Positions 1 to 9,113 of a stretch of 64,000 nucleotides of DNA are shown piece by piece; position 1 is the stretch's first letter, and each line of letters begins with the position of its first letter. The translations under genes and the position numbers were made by a program. Under the pieces are notes generated by a model. That model did not search any database. It was given only the letters and a program-made list of their open reading frames with translations, and was not told where the DNA came from. The DNA is from Elusimicrobiota bacterium (lineage in GTDB: Bacteria; Elusimicrobiota; Elusimicrobia; FEN-1173): the NCBI GenBank assembly GCA_016706425.1, contig JADJJR010000001.1, positions 491,133 through 555,132 of the forward strand, read 5' to 3'.

Positions 1-177
1 TTGGGCACCGCGCCCTTTGGCAGCTTGTTCGCCGGAGCCGTGGCCGAGCGTTGGGGCGCGCCTTTTGCCTTGCAGATTGGTGGGGTCTGCTGCCTGGTGG
101 GGGCCCTGTGGTTTTTCCGCCAGTTGCCGTCCATTCGAGCCGCCATACGACCCATTTACGAACGATTGAATTTTTAG
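1..177 (+). CDS. 3' end of a transporter gene (likely MFS family), truncated at the window start
   Basis: Frame 1 is open from nt 1 to TAG at 175-177. Translation ...LGTAPFGSLFAGAVAERWGAPFALQIGGVCCLVGALWFFRQLPSIRAAIRPIYERLNF is hydrophobic and helix-like, typical of an MFS C-terminus. No start codon in the window. Confidence 0.4.
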   Translation: MGTAPFGSLFAGAVAERWGAPFALQIGGVCCLVGALWFFRQLPSIRAAIRPIYERLNF

Positions 178-316
178 CGGGGGAAAGTGTGAGTTTTGAC
201 GGGAGGCAATCCATTACAACTCGTTTACAATTAATTAATGCAAATTTAACCCGAAGCCCTTAGAATACCTCCCTTGGCGTGACATTTATCGTTCGTTCCT
301 TTCCCCGGAGGTTTAA

Positions 317-3300
317 GTGAAAAAAATTCCGAGTCTGTTGGGTGCGATGTTCGTGGGAGCGTTGTCCTGGGCGGCCGCGGATTTGGAAATGGTTTCCTTC
401 GCCGCCGTGCCGGGCTACGGCGCGGCCAAGCCGGGGGAATCGATTCCCGTTAATGCCCAAATTCGGAACAACGGCGACGTTTCGGTCCCGAGCACCGTGA
501 TCCTTTTCAATTATTCCAACGGCACCTCGACCTCCACGGCGGTGGGGCCCGTCGCTCCCGGCCAAACGCGTGTCATCTCCCTCTTGCCCTTGCCCGGCGT
601 CGCGGCCGAAGGAGACCACACGATCGCGGCGACCGTGGACGGGATCAACGCCATCGCCGAGGGGAACGAATCCAACAACACCCTCTCCGCCCCCTTCACC
701 GTGGACGGGACCCCTCCCGCGTTGGCCTTCACGTCGCCCCTTAATAATCATGTGTCCACCGGTGCGGTCGCCTTTGACATCGCCGCCAACGACAACACGG
801 GGATCGTCCGCGTGGATTTGCAAATCAACGGCGGTCCTTCGATGACTTTCACAACGCCGCCGTTTCAATACGTTTGGAACACCGCGGGCGTCACCGCGGG
901 GAACCATTCGGCCGTCGCCATGGCTTTCGATAAGGCCTGGAACATCACCACATCGGTTGTGAATGTGTATGTCCCGCCGGCGGGATCCGCCCCCGATTTG
1001 GTGATTTCCACCGTCTCCCTCAGCCCCGCGGCGGTGTTGGCGGGTCAATCGGTCCCCTTGGCGATTCAGTTCACCGTGACCAACCAAGGCAATCTGCCGA
1101 TTTCGGCCCCTTTCCACGTCCGTTCGGCGAACACCGTCGCCGGCCAGGTGCGAATCAGCAGCGTGTCCGTCCCCGCGCCGTTGGCCGCCGGGGCGTCGTA
1201 CACCGGGATGTTGTATTCCCTAACGCCGTCGGTGTCGGGCTTGAACACCGTTTCGGTTTTCGCCGATCAAGGCAATCTTATCGCCGAAGGCGATGAAACG
1301 AACAACACCCGAAGGGCTTATTTGGCGGTCGACGGGTCGGGCCCCACGGTCCTCGTGTCCACCGACGCCCTGGTTTCCCCGGTCTCCGGGATCGTTGCGT
1401 TTCCCGTTCAATCCGCCGATGGGGAAAGCGGGTTGGACCGGGTTCAATTTCTTGTGGACGGCGTCGTGGTCAACACCGTCCCGGCGGCGGTGTACCCGAT
1501 CCCGGGCGCGGAATTCCCGTATTACGTCGTGGACACGACCTTTACGTGGGATTCCCGAACCGTGCAAAACGGCGCCCACGCTCTCGGGGCGCGCGGCATC
1601 GATCGGTTGGGTTTGACAACGGACGTGACGTTGCCGATCACGGTGTCCAACCCGGACCAAAGCCAATTGATTTCCGTGTCCCCCGCTGTCGGGGCCACGG
1701 TGTTGGCCAGAAAGACATTTTCCACCGTCGTGACGGTGAAAAACACGGGCACCACCGCCTGGACCCGGTCCGGGGGATACCAATTGTCCGCCGTGAACGG
1801 AACCCCCGCGCTGTGGGGCCCCACCGGTGTGTTGTTGGGGGTTTCCGAAACCATCGTCCCCGCGGTCAATAAAGCGTTTTCATTGAGTTTGGTGGCGCCG
1901 TCCACGCCGGGGGTTTATGCGCTGCAGTACCAAATGACGCACAACGGTCCGTCGTTCGGCCAGCCCGGGTTGAATCAAACGGTCACGGTGTTGGCCGACA
2001 CCGTTCCGCCGACGGTTCCGGGTTCGCCCGCGTTGTCGGCCGCGAGCACCACGACGCTGACATTGTCCTGGGGCGCGGCCTCCGACAACGTGCGGGTGGC
2101 CTCCTACGTGGTGGATGTTTCCACGAACCCCACGTTCGCCCCCGCCTGGCCGGGTTACAACGGCTTGAACGTGGGGAACGTGACCTCTCGCGTCCTCACC
2201 GGGTTGGCCACGGGCACAACGTACCACGCCCGGGTGAACGCCGTGGACGCCAACGCCCTTGTGGGCGCCAAATCCGCGACCGCTTCGCGCGCGACCTTGG
2301 CAACGGTGGACGTCACGCCGCCCGCGGTGCTCCTCTCCACCCCCACCGGCGGACAGGTGTTGACCAGCAACCTGACCGCCTCGGCGACGGCCAGCGACGA
2401 CAATCAAGTCAAGTCCGTGGTGTTTGCGATGGACGGGGCGGTGAAGCTCACGGACACGGCGGCGCCCTATCAATACGCCATCCCGGTTTCCACTCTGGTG
2501 AACGGGTCGCACACGTTGACCGCGACCGCGACCGATTACGCCAACAACGCCTCCTCCCACACCATCGTGTTTGTGGCGTCCTACGACCGCACGCCCCCGG
2601 GCGACCCCGCGTCGGTGTTTATTAAATATCCAACGGTGAGCGGGTTCACCGTCACTTGGAGTGCGGCCACCGACAACGTGGGGGTCGCGGGCCACCGGCT
2701 GGATCTTTCTCTGACGCCGACCTTCGCCACCTATGTGTCGGGTTATCAGAATCTCAACGTGGGCAACGTTTTGAGCCGCGCCATCACGGGCCTCGCCGCC
2801 GGGACGACCTATCATGCCCGTGTTCGGGCCTACGACGCCAACGGGAATGTTTCCGTCAATAACATCACCGGCGTCGGCGCCACCTTGGCCACCCCCGACA
2901 CGGTCAATCCGGTGGTGGCGATCTCCACCCCCTTCGCCGGAAGCACGGTGAGCGGGGTGGTCCCGGTGAGCGCCATCGCGTCGGACGCCAACGGGGTCAC
3001 GCAGGTTCGGTTCAACGTGGACGGTTCTTGGAAGTTCACCGACACCGAAGCGCCCTACGCCTTTGTTTGGGACACGTCGCTGTTGGCCACGGGCAATCAC
3101 AGCCTGCAGGCCGTGGCCCACGACCCCTCGGGGCGCACCGGAACCCACACCGTCACGGTGAACGTATCGCGCCCCGGCATGGCCGCGGCGGCCGTTGCGG
3201 CGCCCGAACCCGAGACGTTATTCGGTTTGAAGGAGGCCCTGGTGTTTCCCTCCCCGGTCCGTGGGTCCGCTGGGACGGTCCGGGTCGTGACGGGTTCGGC

Positions 3301-3505
3301 CGACCGGGTGCGGGCCGAAGTCGATAGCTTGCGTGGAGAACGGGTGTGGGAAATGACTTGGGAGGGGGGCTCCAACGCGGGCGGGGTCTACGAGGCCGCG
3401 ATCCCCACGTCGGGCTTGACCACGGGGGTCTACGTTCTCCGGGTGGAATCCCAAAAAGGCGGGGAAATTCAAAAAACCACGCGCAAATTCGCCGTCGTTC
3501 GATAA
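317..3505 (+). CDS. Large secreted surface protein with CARDB-like, FN3 and Ig-like domains and a T9SS-type C-terminal sorting domain
   Basis: GTG start preceded by GGAGG. The signal peptide is MKKIPSLLGAMFVGALSWAAAD. Two CARDB-like segments are present (PDLVISTVSLSP...FTVTNQGNLPISAPF...EGDETNN). FN3 motifs occur (LSWGAASDNV...TGLATGTTYHARVNAVD). The C-terminal ~85 aa (LVFPSPVRGSAGTVRVVTGS...GVYVLRVESQKGGEIQKTTRKFAVVR) resemble a T9SS CTD or FlgD Ig-like domain. A strong terminator follows. Confidence 0.75.
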   Translation: MKKIPSLLGAMFVGALSWAAADLEMVSFAAVPGYGAAKPGESIPVNAQIRNNGDVSVPSTVILFNYSNGTSTSTAVGPVAPGQTRVISLLPLPGVAAEGDHTIAATVDGINAIAEGNESNNTLSAPFTVDGTPPALAFTSPLNNHVSTGAVAFDIAANDNTGIVRVDLQINGGPSMTFTTPPFQYVWNTAGVTAGNHSAVAMAFDKAWNITTSVVNVYVPPAGSAPDLVISTVSLSPAAVLAGQSVPLAIQFTVTNQGNLPISAPFHVRSANTVAGQVRISSVSVPAPLAAGASYTGMLYSLTPSVSGLNTVSVFADQGNLIAEGDETNNTRRAYLAVDGSGPTVLVSTDALVSPVSGIVAFPVQSADGESGLDRVQFLVDGVVVNTVPAAVYPIPGAEFPYYVVDTTFTWDSRTVQNGAHALGARGIDRLGLTTDVTLPITVSNPDQSQLISVSPAVGATVLARKTFSTVVTVKNTGTTAWTRSGGYQLSAVNGTPALWGPTGVLLGVSETIVPAVNKAFSLSLVAPSTPGVYALQYQMTHNGPSFGQPGLNQTVTVLADTVPPTVPGSPALSAASTTTLTLSWGAASDNVRVASYVVDVSTNPTFAPAWPGYNGLNVGNVTSRVLTGLATGTTYHARVNAVDANALVGAKSATASRATLATVDVTPPAVLLSTPTGGQVLTSNLTASATASDDNQVKSVVFAMDGAVKLTDTAAPYQYAIPVSTLVNGSHTLTATATDYANNASSHTIVFVASYDRTPPGDPASVFIKYPTVSGFTVTWSAATDNVGVAGHRLDLSLTPTFATYVSGYQNLNVGNVLSRAITGLAAGTTYHARVRAYDANGNVSVNNITGVGATLATPDTVNPVVAISTPFAGSTVSGVVPVSAIASDANGVTQVRFNVDGSWKFTDTEAPYAFVWDTSLLATGNHSLQAVAHDPSGRTGTHTVTVNVSRPGMAAAAVAAPEPETLFGLKEALVFPSPVRGSAGTVRVVTGSADRVRAEVDSLRGERVWEMTWEGGSNAGGVYEAAIPTSGLTTGVYVLRVESQKGGEIQKTTRKFAVVR
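2003..3175 (+). repeat. Tandem duplication inside the surface-protein gene: two ~195-aa FN3 plus Ig-like modules (about 2003-2589 and 2590-3175)
   Basis: Both protein segments run P(P)xxPGxPA...(S/T)W(G/S)AA(S/T)DNVxVA...NLNVGNV(T/L)SR...TGLAxGTTYHARV(N/R)A(V/Y)DAN...TPxAV...STPxxG...V...SA(T/I)ASD(D/A)N...V.F..DG..K.TDT.APY... Confidence 0.5.
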
Positions 3506-3520
3506 CAGGATCTTTACAAC

Positions 3521-3558
3521 GGGGGTCGGGAATTTATTTCCCGACCCCCGTTTTTTTT
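3521..3558 (+). terminator. Rho-independent terminator of the surface-protein gene
   Basis: The hairpin GGGGGTCGGGAA-TTTATT-TCCCGACCCCCG is a perfect ~12-bp GC stem. An 8-T tract follows at 3551-3558. Confidence 0.85.
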
Positions 3559-3700
3559 GTGGTCCATTTGACAAAGCGATGGCGAAACCGGCATAATGGA
3601 TCTGATTTCCGGCGAGGCTTTAATTTCCAACTTGCCCCGGCCGGCCCGAACGGGCGAACAGGGCGCTAAAGCGGTCGCGATCCCACCGGCTTATTCGATG

Positions 3701-3734
3701 GCCCGCGCCGCAATCTTCGGCGCGGGCTTTTTCG
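3701..3734 (+). promoter_or_regulatory. Intrinsic-terminator hairpin inside the ~240-nt metY leader: candidate attenuator or riboswitch expression platform
   Basis: A perfect 10-bp stem pairs GCCCGCGCCG (3701-3710) with CGGCGCGGGC (3718-3727) around a 7-nt loop. TTTTT follows (3728-3732), 65 nt upstream of the metY ATG. Methionine and SAM genes are classically riboswitch-controlled. I could not match a specific SAM-riboswitch consensus by eye. Confidence 0.4.
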
Positions 3735-3798
3735 TTGCCGCCAGGCAACGTACCGGTTTGTAGGACGGGATCAAAGCCGCTCCAAAACGGAGTCTTCC

Positions 3799-5091
3799 AT
3801 GACACAGTTCGACGCGAAGTTGAAACCCGAAACCATTGCCCTGCACGGCGGCCAAGAGTCGGACCCGACCACCGGGTCCCGGGCGGTGCCGATCTACCAA
3901 ACCACCAGCTACCAGTTTAAAAGCACCGACCACGCGGCCGCCCTGTTCGGCCTGCGGGAGTTCGGCAACATCTACACCCGACTCATGAACCCCACCACCG
4001 ACGTTCTGGAAAAACGGATCGCCGCCCTGGACGGCGGTGTCGGGGCGCTGGCGGTGGCCAGCGGCCAGTCGGCCATCACCCTGGCGATCTTGAACATCGC
4101 CCAGGCGGGCGACGAGATCGTCTCCGCCGACAACCTATACGGGGGCACCTACAACCTGTTCCACTACACCCTGCCCAAGTTCGGGGTCAATGTGAAGTTC
4201 GTAAAGTCCAACGACCTCGACGCTTTCCGCAAAGCCGTCACCCCCAAAACCAAGGCGTTCTACGCCGAATCCATTGGCAACCCGAAGCTGGATGTGGCCG
4301 ATTTGGAAGGCATCGCGAAGGTGGCCCACGACGCGGGGGTTCCGTTCCTCCTCGATAATACCGTCTCGCCCTACCTCCTGCGTCCCTTCGATCACGGGGT
4401 CGACATCGCCGTCTATTCGGCCACCAAATTCATCGGCGGACACGGCACCTCCATCGGCGGGCTGATTGTGGACTCCGGCAAATTCAACTGGACCAACGGC
4501 AAGTTCCCCCTCATCGCCGACCCGGACCCGTCCTACCACGGCGTCAACTTCGTGGAGGCGTTGAAACCCATCGGCAACATCGCCTACATCATCAAAGCGC
4601 GGGTGATACTCTTGCGCGACGTGGGTCCGGCGATGTCGCCCTTCAACGCCTTCCAGTTTCTGCAGGGGTTTGAGACCTTGCACCTGCGCATGCCGCGCCA
4701 TTCGGAAAACGCCTTGGCCGTGGCCACGTTCCTGAAAAAGCACCCCAAAGTCAGCTGGGTCAACTACCCCGGTTTGGCCGACAGCCCCGAACAGGCGCGG
4801 GTCAAAAAGTATTTGCCCAAGGGCGCCGGCGCCATCCTGGGTTTCGGTATCAAAGGGGGCCAAGAGGCGGGGGTGAAGTTCATTAACGGGCTCAAGCTCT
4901 TGTCCCATGTGGCCAACGTCGGCGACGCCAAATCCCTCGCCATCCACCCCGCCACCACGACCCATTCCCAGCTGTCCGCCGAAGAGCAAAAAGCCACCGG
5001 CGTGACGCCGGACTTCGTGCGCCTTTCCATCGGCATCGAGCACATCGACGACATCCTGGCGGACATCGACCAGGCTTTGAAGGGAGCTTAA
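3799..5091 (+). CDS. metY: O-acetylhomoserine sulfhydrylase (PLP-dependent Cys/Met metabolism family)
   Basis: The N-terminus [52 protein letters not shown]... and overall 430-aa pattern are characteristic of OAH/OAS sulfhydrylases. [10 protein letters not shown] holds the PLP-lysine. An RBS is present. Confidence 0.9.
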   Translation: MTQFDAKLKPETIALHGGQESDPTTGSRAVPIYQTTSYQFKSTDHAAALFGLREFGNIYTRLMNPTTDVLEKRIAALDGGVGALAVASGQSAITLAILNIAQAGDEIVSADNLYGGTYNLFHYTLPKFGVNVKFVKSNDLDAFRKAVTPKTKAFYAESIGNPKLDVADLEGIAKVAHDAGVPFLLDNTVSPYLLRPFDHGVDIAVYSATKFIGGHGTSIGGLIVDSGKFNWTNGKFPLIADPDPSYHGVNFVEALKPIGNIAYIIKARVILLRDVGPAMSPFNAFQFLQGFETLHLRMPRHSENALAVATFLKKHPKVSWVNYPGLADSPEQARVKKYLPKGAGAILGFGIKGGQEAGVKFINGLKLLSHVANVGDAKSLAIHPATTTHSQLSAEEQKATGVTPDFVRLSIGIEHIDDILADIDQALKGA

Positions 5092-5095
5092 TCCC

Positions 5096-6229
5096 ATGTC
5101 AGACCCCGCGCCGGTATCGGCGTTGGGCGTGGTGGAAACCCGAACGTTCACGTTCGGGGAAAGGGACCCCCTGGTCCTGGCCTCGGGCCAAACCCTGGGC
5201 CCGGTGACCCTGGCCTACGAAACCTACGGCGCGCTATCGCCGGACAAATCGAACGCGGTGCTCCTGCTCCACGCGCTCACGGGGGACGCCCACGCGGCGG
5301 GCCTGCACGCGGGCGAACCCCGCCCCGGCTGGTGGGACCCCCTGGTCGGGCCCGGCAAGGCCTTCGACACCGACAAGTATTTCGTGGTCTGCTCCAACGT
5401 CATCGGCGGCTGTCGCGGCTCGACCGGTCCCGGGGCGGCGTCCGCCGCTTTAGGAGGAAAACCTTACGGAATAACCTTCCCCGTCATCACCATCGCCGAC
5501 ATGGTGGAGGCCCAGCGACGGCTCATGGACCACCTCGGCGTCCCCGCCTGGCTCGCGGTGTCGGGCGGGTCCATGGGCGGTATGCAGGCCTTGCAGTGGG
5601 CGGCGTCCTACCCCGACCGGGTGCGGAGCGTCATCCCCATCGCGACCACGCTCAAACACTCGCCCCAACAAATCGCTTTCGATGAAGTGGGGCGCCAAGC
5701 CGTCATGGCCGACCCGGATTGGCTGGGGGGCAATTACTACGACCACGGCCAGCCCGAACGCGGCCTCGCCGTCGCCCGCATGATCGGCCACATCACCTAC
5801 ATGTCCGACCAATCCATGGAAGAGAAATTTTCACGCCGCCTCAAAAACGAGGGGTTTAAATTTTCTTTCGACGCCGAGTTCGAGGTCGAAGGCTACCTCC
5901 GCTACCGTGGGGCCAACTTCGTTCGCCGTTTCGACGCCAACAGCTATTTGTACGTCACCCGCGCCATGGACTATTTCGATCTCTCGGGCGAAAAGCTGTT
6001 CAAGCCCGGCGCGCCGGTGCCGCGCTATTTGGTGATCTCCTTCAAATCGGACTGGCTCTACCCGTCCTACCAATCCCGGGACATCGTCGCCGCTGTGCGG
6101 GCGCACCGGGGGGACGTCACCTACGTGGAAGTCCATTCCACCTACGGCCACGACGCCTTCCTGGTGGAATACGACGAGCAAACGCGCCTCATCAAATCCT
6201 TTCTGGCCAAAACCCGGGAGGGCGCGTGA
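5096..6229 (+). CDS. metX: Homoserine O-acetyltransferase
   Basis: 377 aa. LLLHALTGDAHAAG..., GGSMGGMQALQWAASYPDRV (GxSxG nucleophile) and a C-terminal DAF motif are typical of the MetX alpha/beta-hydrolase. It sits directly upstream of metW. Confidence 0.9.
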   Translation: MSDPAPVSALGVVETRTFTFGERDPLVLASGQTLGPVTLAYETYGALSPDKSNAVLLLHALTGDAHAAGLHAGEPRPGWWDPLVGPGKAFDTDKYFVVCSNVIGGCRGSTGPGAASAALGGKPYGITFPVITIADMVEAQRRLMDHLGVPAWLAVSGGSMGGMQALQWAASYPDRVRSVIPIATTLKHSPQQIAFDEVGRQAVMADPDWLGGNYYDHGQPERGLAVARMIGHITYMSDQSMEEKFSRRLKNEGFKFSFDAEFEVEGYLRYRGANFVRRFDANSYLYVTRAMDYFDLSGEKLFKPGAPVPRYLVISFKSDWLYPSYQSRDIVAAVRAHRGDVTYVEVHSTYGHDAFLVEYDEQTRLIKSFLAKTREGA

Positions 6230-6828
6230 ACGTCCGCCCCGACCACGTCGCCATCGCCGGGCTGGTCACAGAGGGCGCCCGGGTGTTGGACCTGGGCTGC
6301 GGCACCGGCGACCTCCTGGCCGTGCTGGTGCGCGAGCGCGGCGTCCAGGCCCAGGGCATCGAGCTGCGCGAAGAGTCGATCTACCAGTGTGTGGAAAAAG
6401 GCCTGTCGGTCCACCACGGCGACATCGAAAGCGGCCTGGGGGAGTTCCCCGACGGGGATTTTGATTTCGTGATCTTGAACCAGACCATGCAGGAAACCCG
6501 CAACGTCGCCTTCGTCTTGAAAGAGGCCCTGCGGGTGGGCAAAAACGTGATCGTCGGCTTCCCCAACATGTGCCACTGGAAAGCCCGCGTCGACGTGTTC
6601 TTTCGCGGCCGCACCCCGGTCTCCCCCGCCCTGCCCCATCGGTGGTACAACACGCCCAACATGCACTTCTTGAGCCTGCGGGACTTCGAGGAGTTCTGCG
6701 CCGAAAAAGGGATCCGCGTCCTCGCGGCGCGGGGGCTCACGGCGCGCGGCCCCGTGGGCTGGGCCGCCAACCTGCGGGCGGAAACCGCGGTCTATCACAT
6801 CGCCCGCGGGAACGATTTTTCGCTGTGA
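6226..6828 (+). CDS. metW: Methionine biosynthesis protein MetW
   Basis: 200 aa. The methyltransferase-like fold VLDLGCGTGDLLAVL...FDFVILNQTMQ plus the metX-metW overlap (ATGA) give the canonical metXW pair. Confidence 0.85.
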   Translation: MNVRPDHVAIAGLVTEGARVLDLGCGTGDLLAVLVRERGVQAQGIELREESIYQCVEKGLSVHHGDIESGLGEFPDGDFDFVILNQTMQETRNVAFVLKEALRVGKNVIVGFPNMCHWKARVDVFFRGRTPVSPALPHRWYNTPNMHFLSLRDFEEFCAEKGIRVLAARGLTARGPVGWAANLRAETAVYHIARGNDFSL

Positions 6829-6848
6829 CACCCGATCGGAGGCGATTC

Positions 6849-8126
6849 ATGCGAAGACATTTTTGGCTGGGATTCCTGGCTCTGTCGGCGGCGGTTCTCC
6901 GCGCCGAGGAGCCCACGCTGGAACAACGGCTGAAAGCCCTGGAAGACCGCCTGGCGGCGTCTCCGGTCCTTGCGGTGGGCCCCGAGGGCGTGGCGGTGAA
7001 ATCCGCGGATGGCCAGACCACCACCAAGCTGTCCGGTGACCTGCAGGCCGATGGGCGTTTTTATTTCAGCGACGACGCCCGGTCTTTCACGGACACGTTT
7101 TTGCTTCGCCGGGTTCGGCCGGCCTTGGACGTCGCCCTGCCGGGCGCCGTGGACCTGCGCGTCCAGGCCAATTTGGTCTCCGCGTCGCCGAGCCTGGACG
7201 ACGCCTACCTGGATATCAAGCCCGCCCCCGGCTGGCGCGCGCGGTTCGGCCGATTCAAAGCGCCCTTCGCCCTGGAGACCATCCAGTCCAGCGCGCGGCT
7301 GGTGTTCGTGGAACGAAGCCTCGCGTCGGGGTTGGCGCCGGTGTACGAAAATGGCCTTGGACTCTATCGGGATTTCCCGGCGGGCCGCGGTTTGGCGGCG
7401 GTGTCCTACGGGAACGGCGCCGTCGACGGCGCCTCGGCCGACGCGGAAGGCGCTGAGCGAAAGGACGTTTCCGTCCGGCTGTGGGGGACGCCCTTCGCCG
7501 GGGGCTCTTTCAAGACGTTGTCGGTCGGCGTGGCCGCCACGCACGGCCGTGAAGACGGCACGACCGCGGCGCCGCGCCTCCCCTCGTTTCGGACCGAGGG
7601 GCAAAACGTTTTCTTTTCCTACAAGGCGGACCACGTGGCCGCCGGCGACCGTCGCCGTTTGTCGCCCCAACTGGCGTGGTGGATGGGGCCGATGGGCCTG
7701 TGGGCGGAGCACGTGACCGCCCGCCAGGTCGTCCGCTCCACGGTGACGGCCGTCGCCGTCGATTTAACGCACCGGGCCTGGCAGGTCACGACGGCCTGGG
7801 TGTTGACCGGGGAACCGCGGACCGATCGGGGCGTGAAACCCGCCCGACCTTTCGATCCCCGCCGCGGCGGGTGGGGCGCCTGGGAAGCCGCCGCGCGCGC
7901 CAGCGCTTTTCGCGCGGACAAAGCGACGTTTGATTCCGGCGCGGCCGACCCCGATCAATCCGCCGCCGCGGCCCGCGCTTGGACGGGAGGACTCACGTGG
8001 TACTGGAGCGCCAACGCCAAAGTCCAACTGAACCTCACCCGCACGTCTTTTGACGGCGGCGCCACCGCCGGCACCGACCGTCGAGTGGAACGGGCGTTCT
8101 TCACGCGGGCGCAAGTTTCTTTCTAA
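6849..8126 (+). CDS. Anion-selective outer-membrane porin, OprO/OprP (phosphate-selective porin O/P) family
   Basis: The ATG at 6849 has a GGAGG RBS. The signal peptide is MRRHFWLGFLALSAAVLRA. The N-terminal coiled segment EEPTLEQRLKALEDRLAA and the beta-strand-rich body ending in a terminal F match OprO/P-like porins. The track ORF 6570..8126 is an N-terminally over-extended version. Confidence 0.7.
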   Translation: MRRHFWLGFLALSAAVLRAEEPTLEQRLKALEDRLAASPVLAVGPEGVAVKSADGQTTTKLSGDLQADGRFYFSDDARSFTDTFLLRRVRPALDVALPGAVDLRVQANLVSASPSLDDAYLDIKPAPGWRARFGRFKAPFALETIQSSARLVFVERSLASGLAPVYENGLGLYRDFPAGRGLAAVSYGNGAVDGASADAEGAERKDVSVRLWGTPFAGGSFKTLSVGVAATHGREDGTTAAPRLPSFRTEGQNVFFSYKADHVAAGDRRRLSPQLAWWMGPMGLWAEHVTARQVVRSTVTAVAVDLTHRAWQVTTAWVLTGEPRTDRGVKPARPFDPRRGGWGAWEAAARASAFRADKATFDSGAADPDQSAAAARAWTGGLTWYWSANAKVQLNLTRTSFDGGATAGTDRRVERAFFTRAQVSF

Positions 8127-9110
8127 ATGCTCCGCTGGACCTGGGTCGCGTTGGCGTTAACGGCGGGCGTCTTCCCCGCCGGGGCGGCGACGCCGTCCCG
8201 GGAGATCCTCAACGCCTCCTACGACGCGACCCGGGCTTTCTACCAAGACTACAACCGCTGGTTTGAAACCCACTGGCGGGAAAAAACCGGGGAAACCGTC
8301 GTCGTGCGCCAATCCCACGGGGGATCGGGCAAACAGGCCCGCGCCGTCATCGACGGCCTGGGGGCCGACGTCGTCACTCTCGCCCTGGCGGGTGACATCG
8401 ACGCCATCGTGGAGCGCTCCGGCCACATCGCGCCCAATTGGCGCGAGCGCCTCCCGTCGGGGGGCGTGTCGTATTATTCCACCATCGTGTTCTTGACGCG
8501 GCGGGGCAATCCGAAAAACATTCGCGACTGGGAGGATCTTGCCCGTCCCGGGGTGTCGGTGATCACGCCCAACCCCAAAACCTCCGGCGGCGCCCGCTGG
8601 AATTTTCTGGCCGCCTGGGCCTTCGGCCTCGACCGCGCTCACACCGAGGCCGGCGCGCGGGAGTTCGTCGCGCGCCTCTACCGCAACGTGCCGGTGTTGG
8701 ATTCCGGCGCTCGGGGCGCCGCCATGACTTTCGGCCGCCGTCGCCTGGGAGACGCTCTCATCGCCTGGGAAAGCGAAGCCCTCCTCTTGCAACGGGACTT
8801 CCCCGAAGAGGGGTGGGCACTGGTTCGGCCGTCGATCTCCGTCCGCGCGGAACCCTGCGCCGCTTGGGTGGACGACGTTGTGGCGCGCCGCGGCACGCGG
8901 GACCTGGCCGAAGCTTATTTGAAGGGCCTTCACTCTCCCGCCGCGGCGGACTTGGCGCGCCGGCATTATTTTCGCGTGGGGGAAGAAAAAACCGTCGACG
9001 GGACCCGCCTGGTGTCCATCGACGCCTGGGGCGGTTGGCGGGTGGCCCAGCGAACCCATTTTTCCGAAGGCGGCACCTTTGATGAAATTTTCGATCCCGG
9101 ACGGCGTTGA
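8127..9110 (+). CDS. sbp: Sulfate/thiosulfate ABC transporter periplasmic substrate-binding protein
   Basis: 327 aa with a signal peptide. EILNASYDATRAFYQDYNRWFETHWREKTGETVVVRQSHGGSGKQARAVIDGLGADVVTLALAGDIDAI matches the Sbp/CysP family. Confidence 0.85.
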   Translation: MLRWTWVALALTAGVFPAGAATPSREILNASYDATRAFYQDYNRWFETHWREKTGETVVVRQSHGGSGKQARAVIDGLGADVVTLALAGDIDAIVERSGHIAPNWRERLPSGGVSYYSTIVFLTRRGNPKNIRDWEDLARPGVSVITPNPKTSGGARWNFLAAWAFGLDRAHTEAGAREFVARLYRNVPVLDSGARGAAMTFGRRRLGDALIAWESEALLLQRDFPEEGWALVRPSISVRAEPCAAWVDDVVARRGTRDLAEAYLKGLHSPAAADLARRHYFRVGEEKTVDGTRLVSIDAWGGWRVAQRTHFSEGGTFDEIFDPGRR

Positions 9111-9113
9111 CCT

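Noticed and set aside
260-1117. Minus-strand ORF (285 aa) and many other long minus or plus ORFs overlapping annotated genes: 1880..3148, 8157..10142 (661 aa), 15278..18283 (1001 aa), 20944..22542, 23072..24532, 24583..26496 (637 aa), 52702..53937, 59827..61824 (665 aa), etc.
   Set aside because: The genome is very GC-rich, so stop codons are rare in antisense and off frames. These ORFs translate to Arg, Gly, Pro and Ala-rich low-complexity sequence with no recognisable family. The overlapping opposite-frame genes have clear homologs (Sbp, CysT/W, CzcA, photolyase, M48, the giant multidomain protein).
3559-3798. Assigning a specific SAM riboswitch class (SAM-I, SAM-II or SAM-V) to the metY leader
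   Set aside because: I could not align the leader to any class consensus by eye. Only the terminator hairpin is directly visible, so only a generic attenuator or riboswitch candidate is reported.
6570-8126. Track ORFs with long N-terminal extensions that overlap the upstream gene in another frame: 6570..8126, 9107..10759 (550 aa), 17935..18837, 19278..19880, 19369..20181, 19938..20813, 20546..21292, 42294..43241, 43048..43740, 45615..47639 (674 aa)
   Set aside because: The homology-supported protein begins at an internal ATG, GTG or TTG with an RBS or at a stop-start overlap. The upstream parts are read-through of the open frame across the preceding gene. Starts were reassigned (for example porin 6849, cysW 9941, yebC 42504, ruvC 43258, queA 46569).
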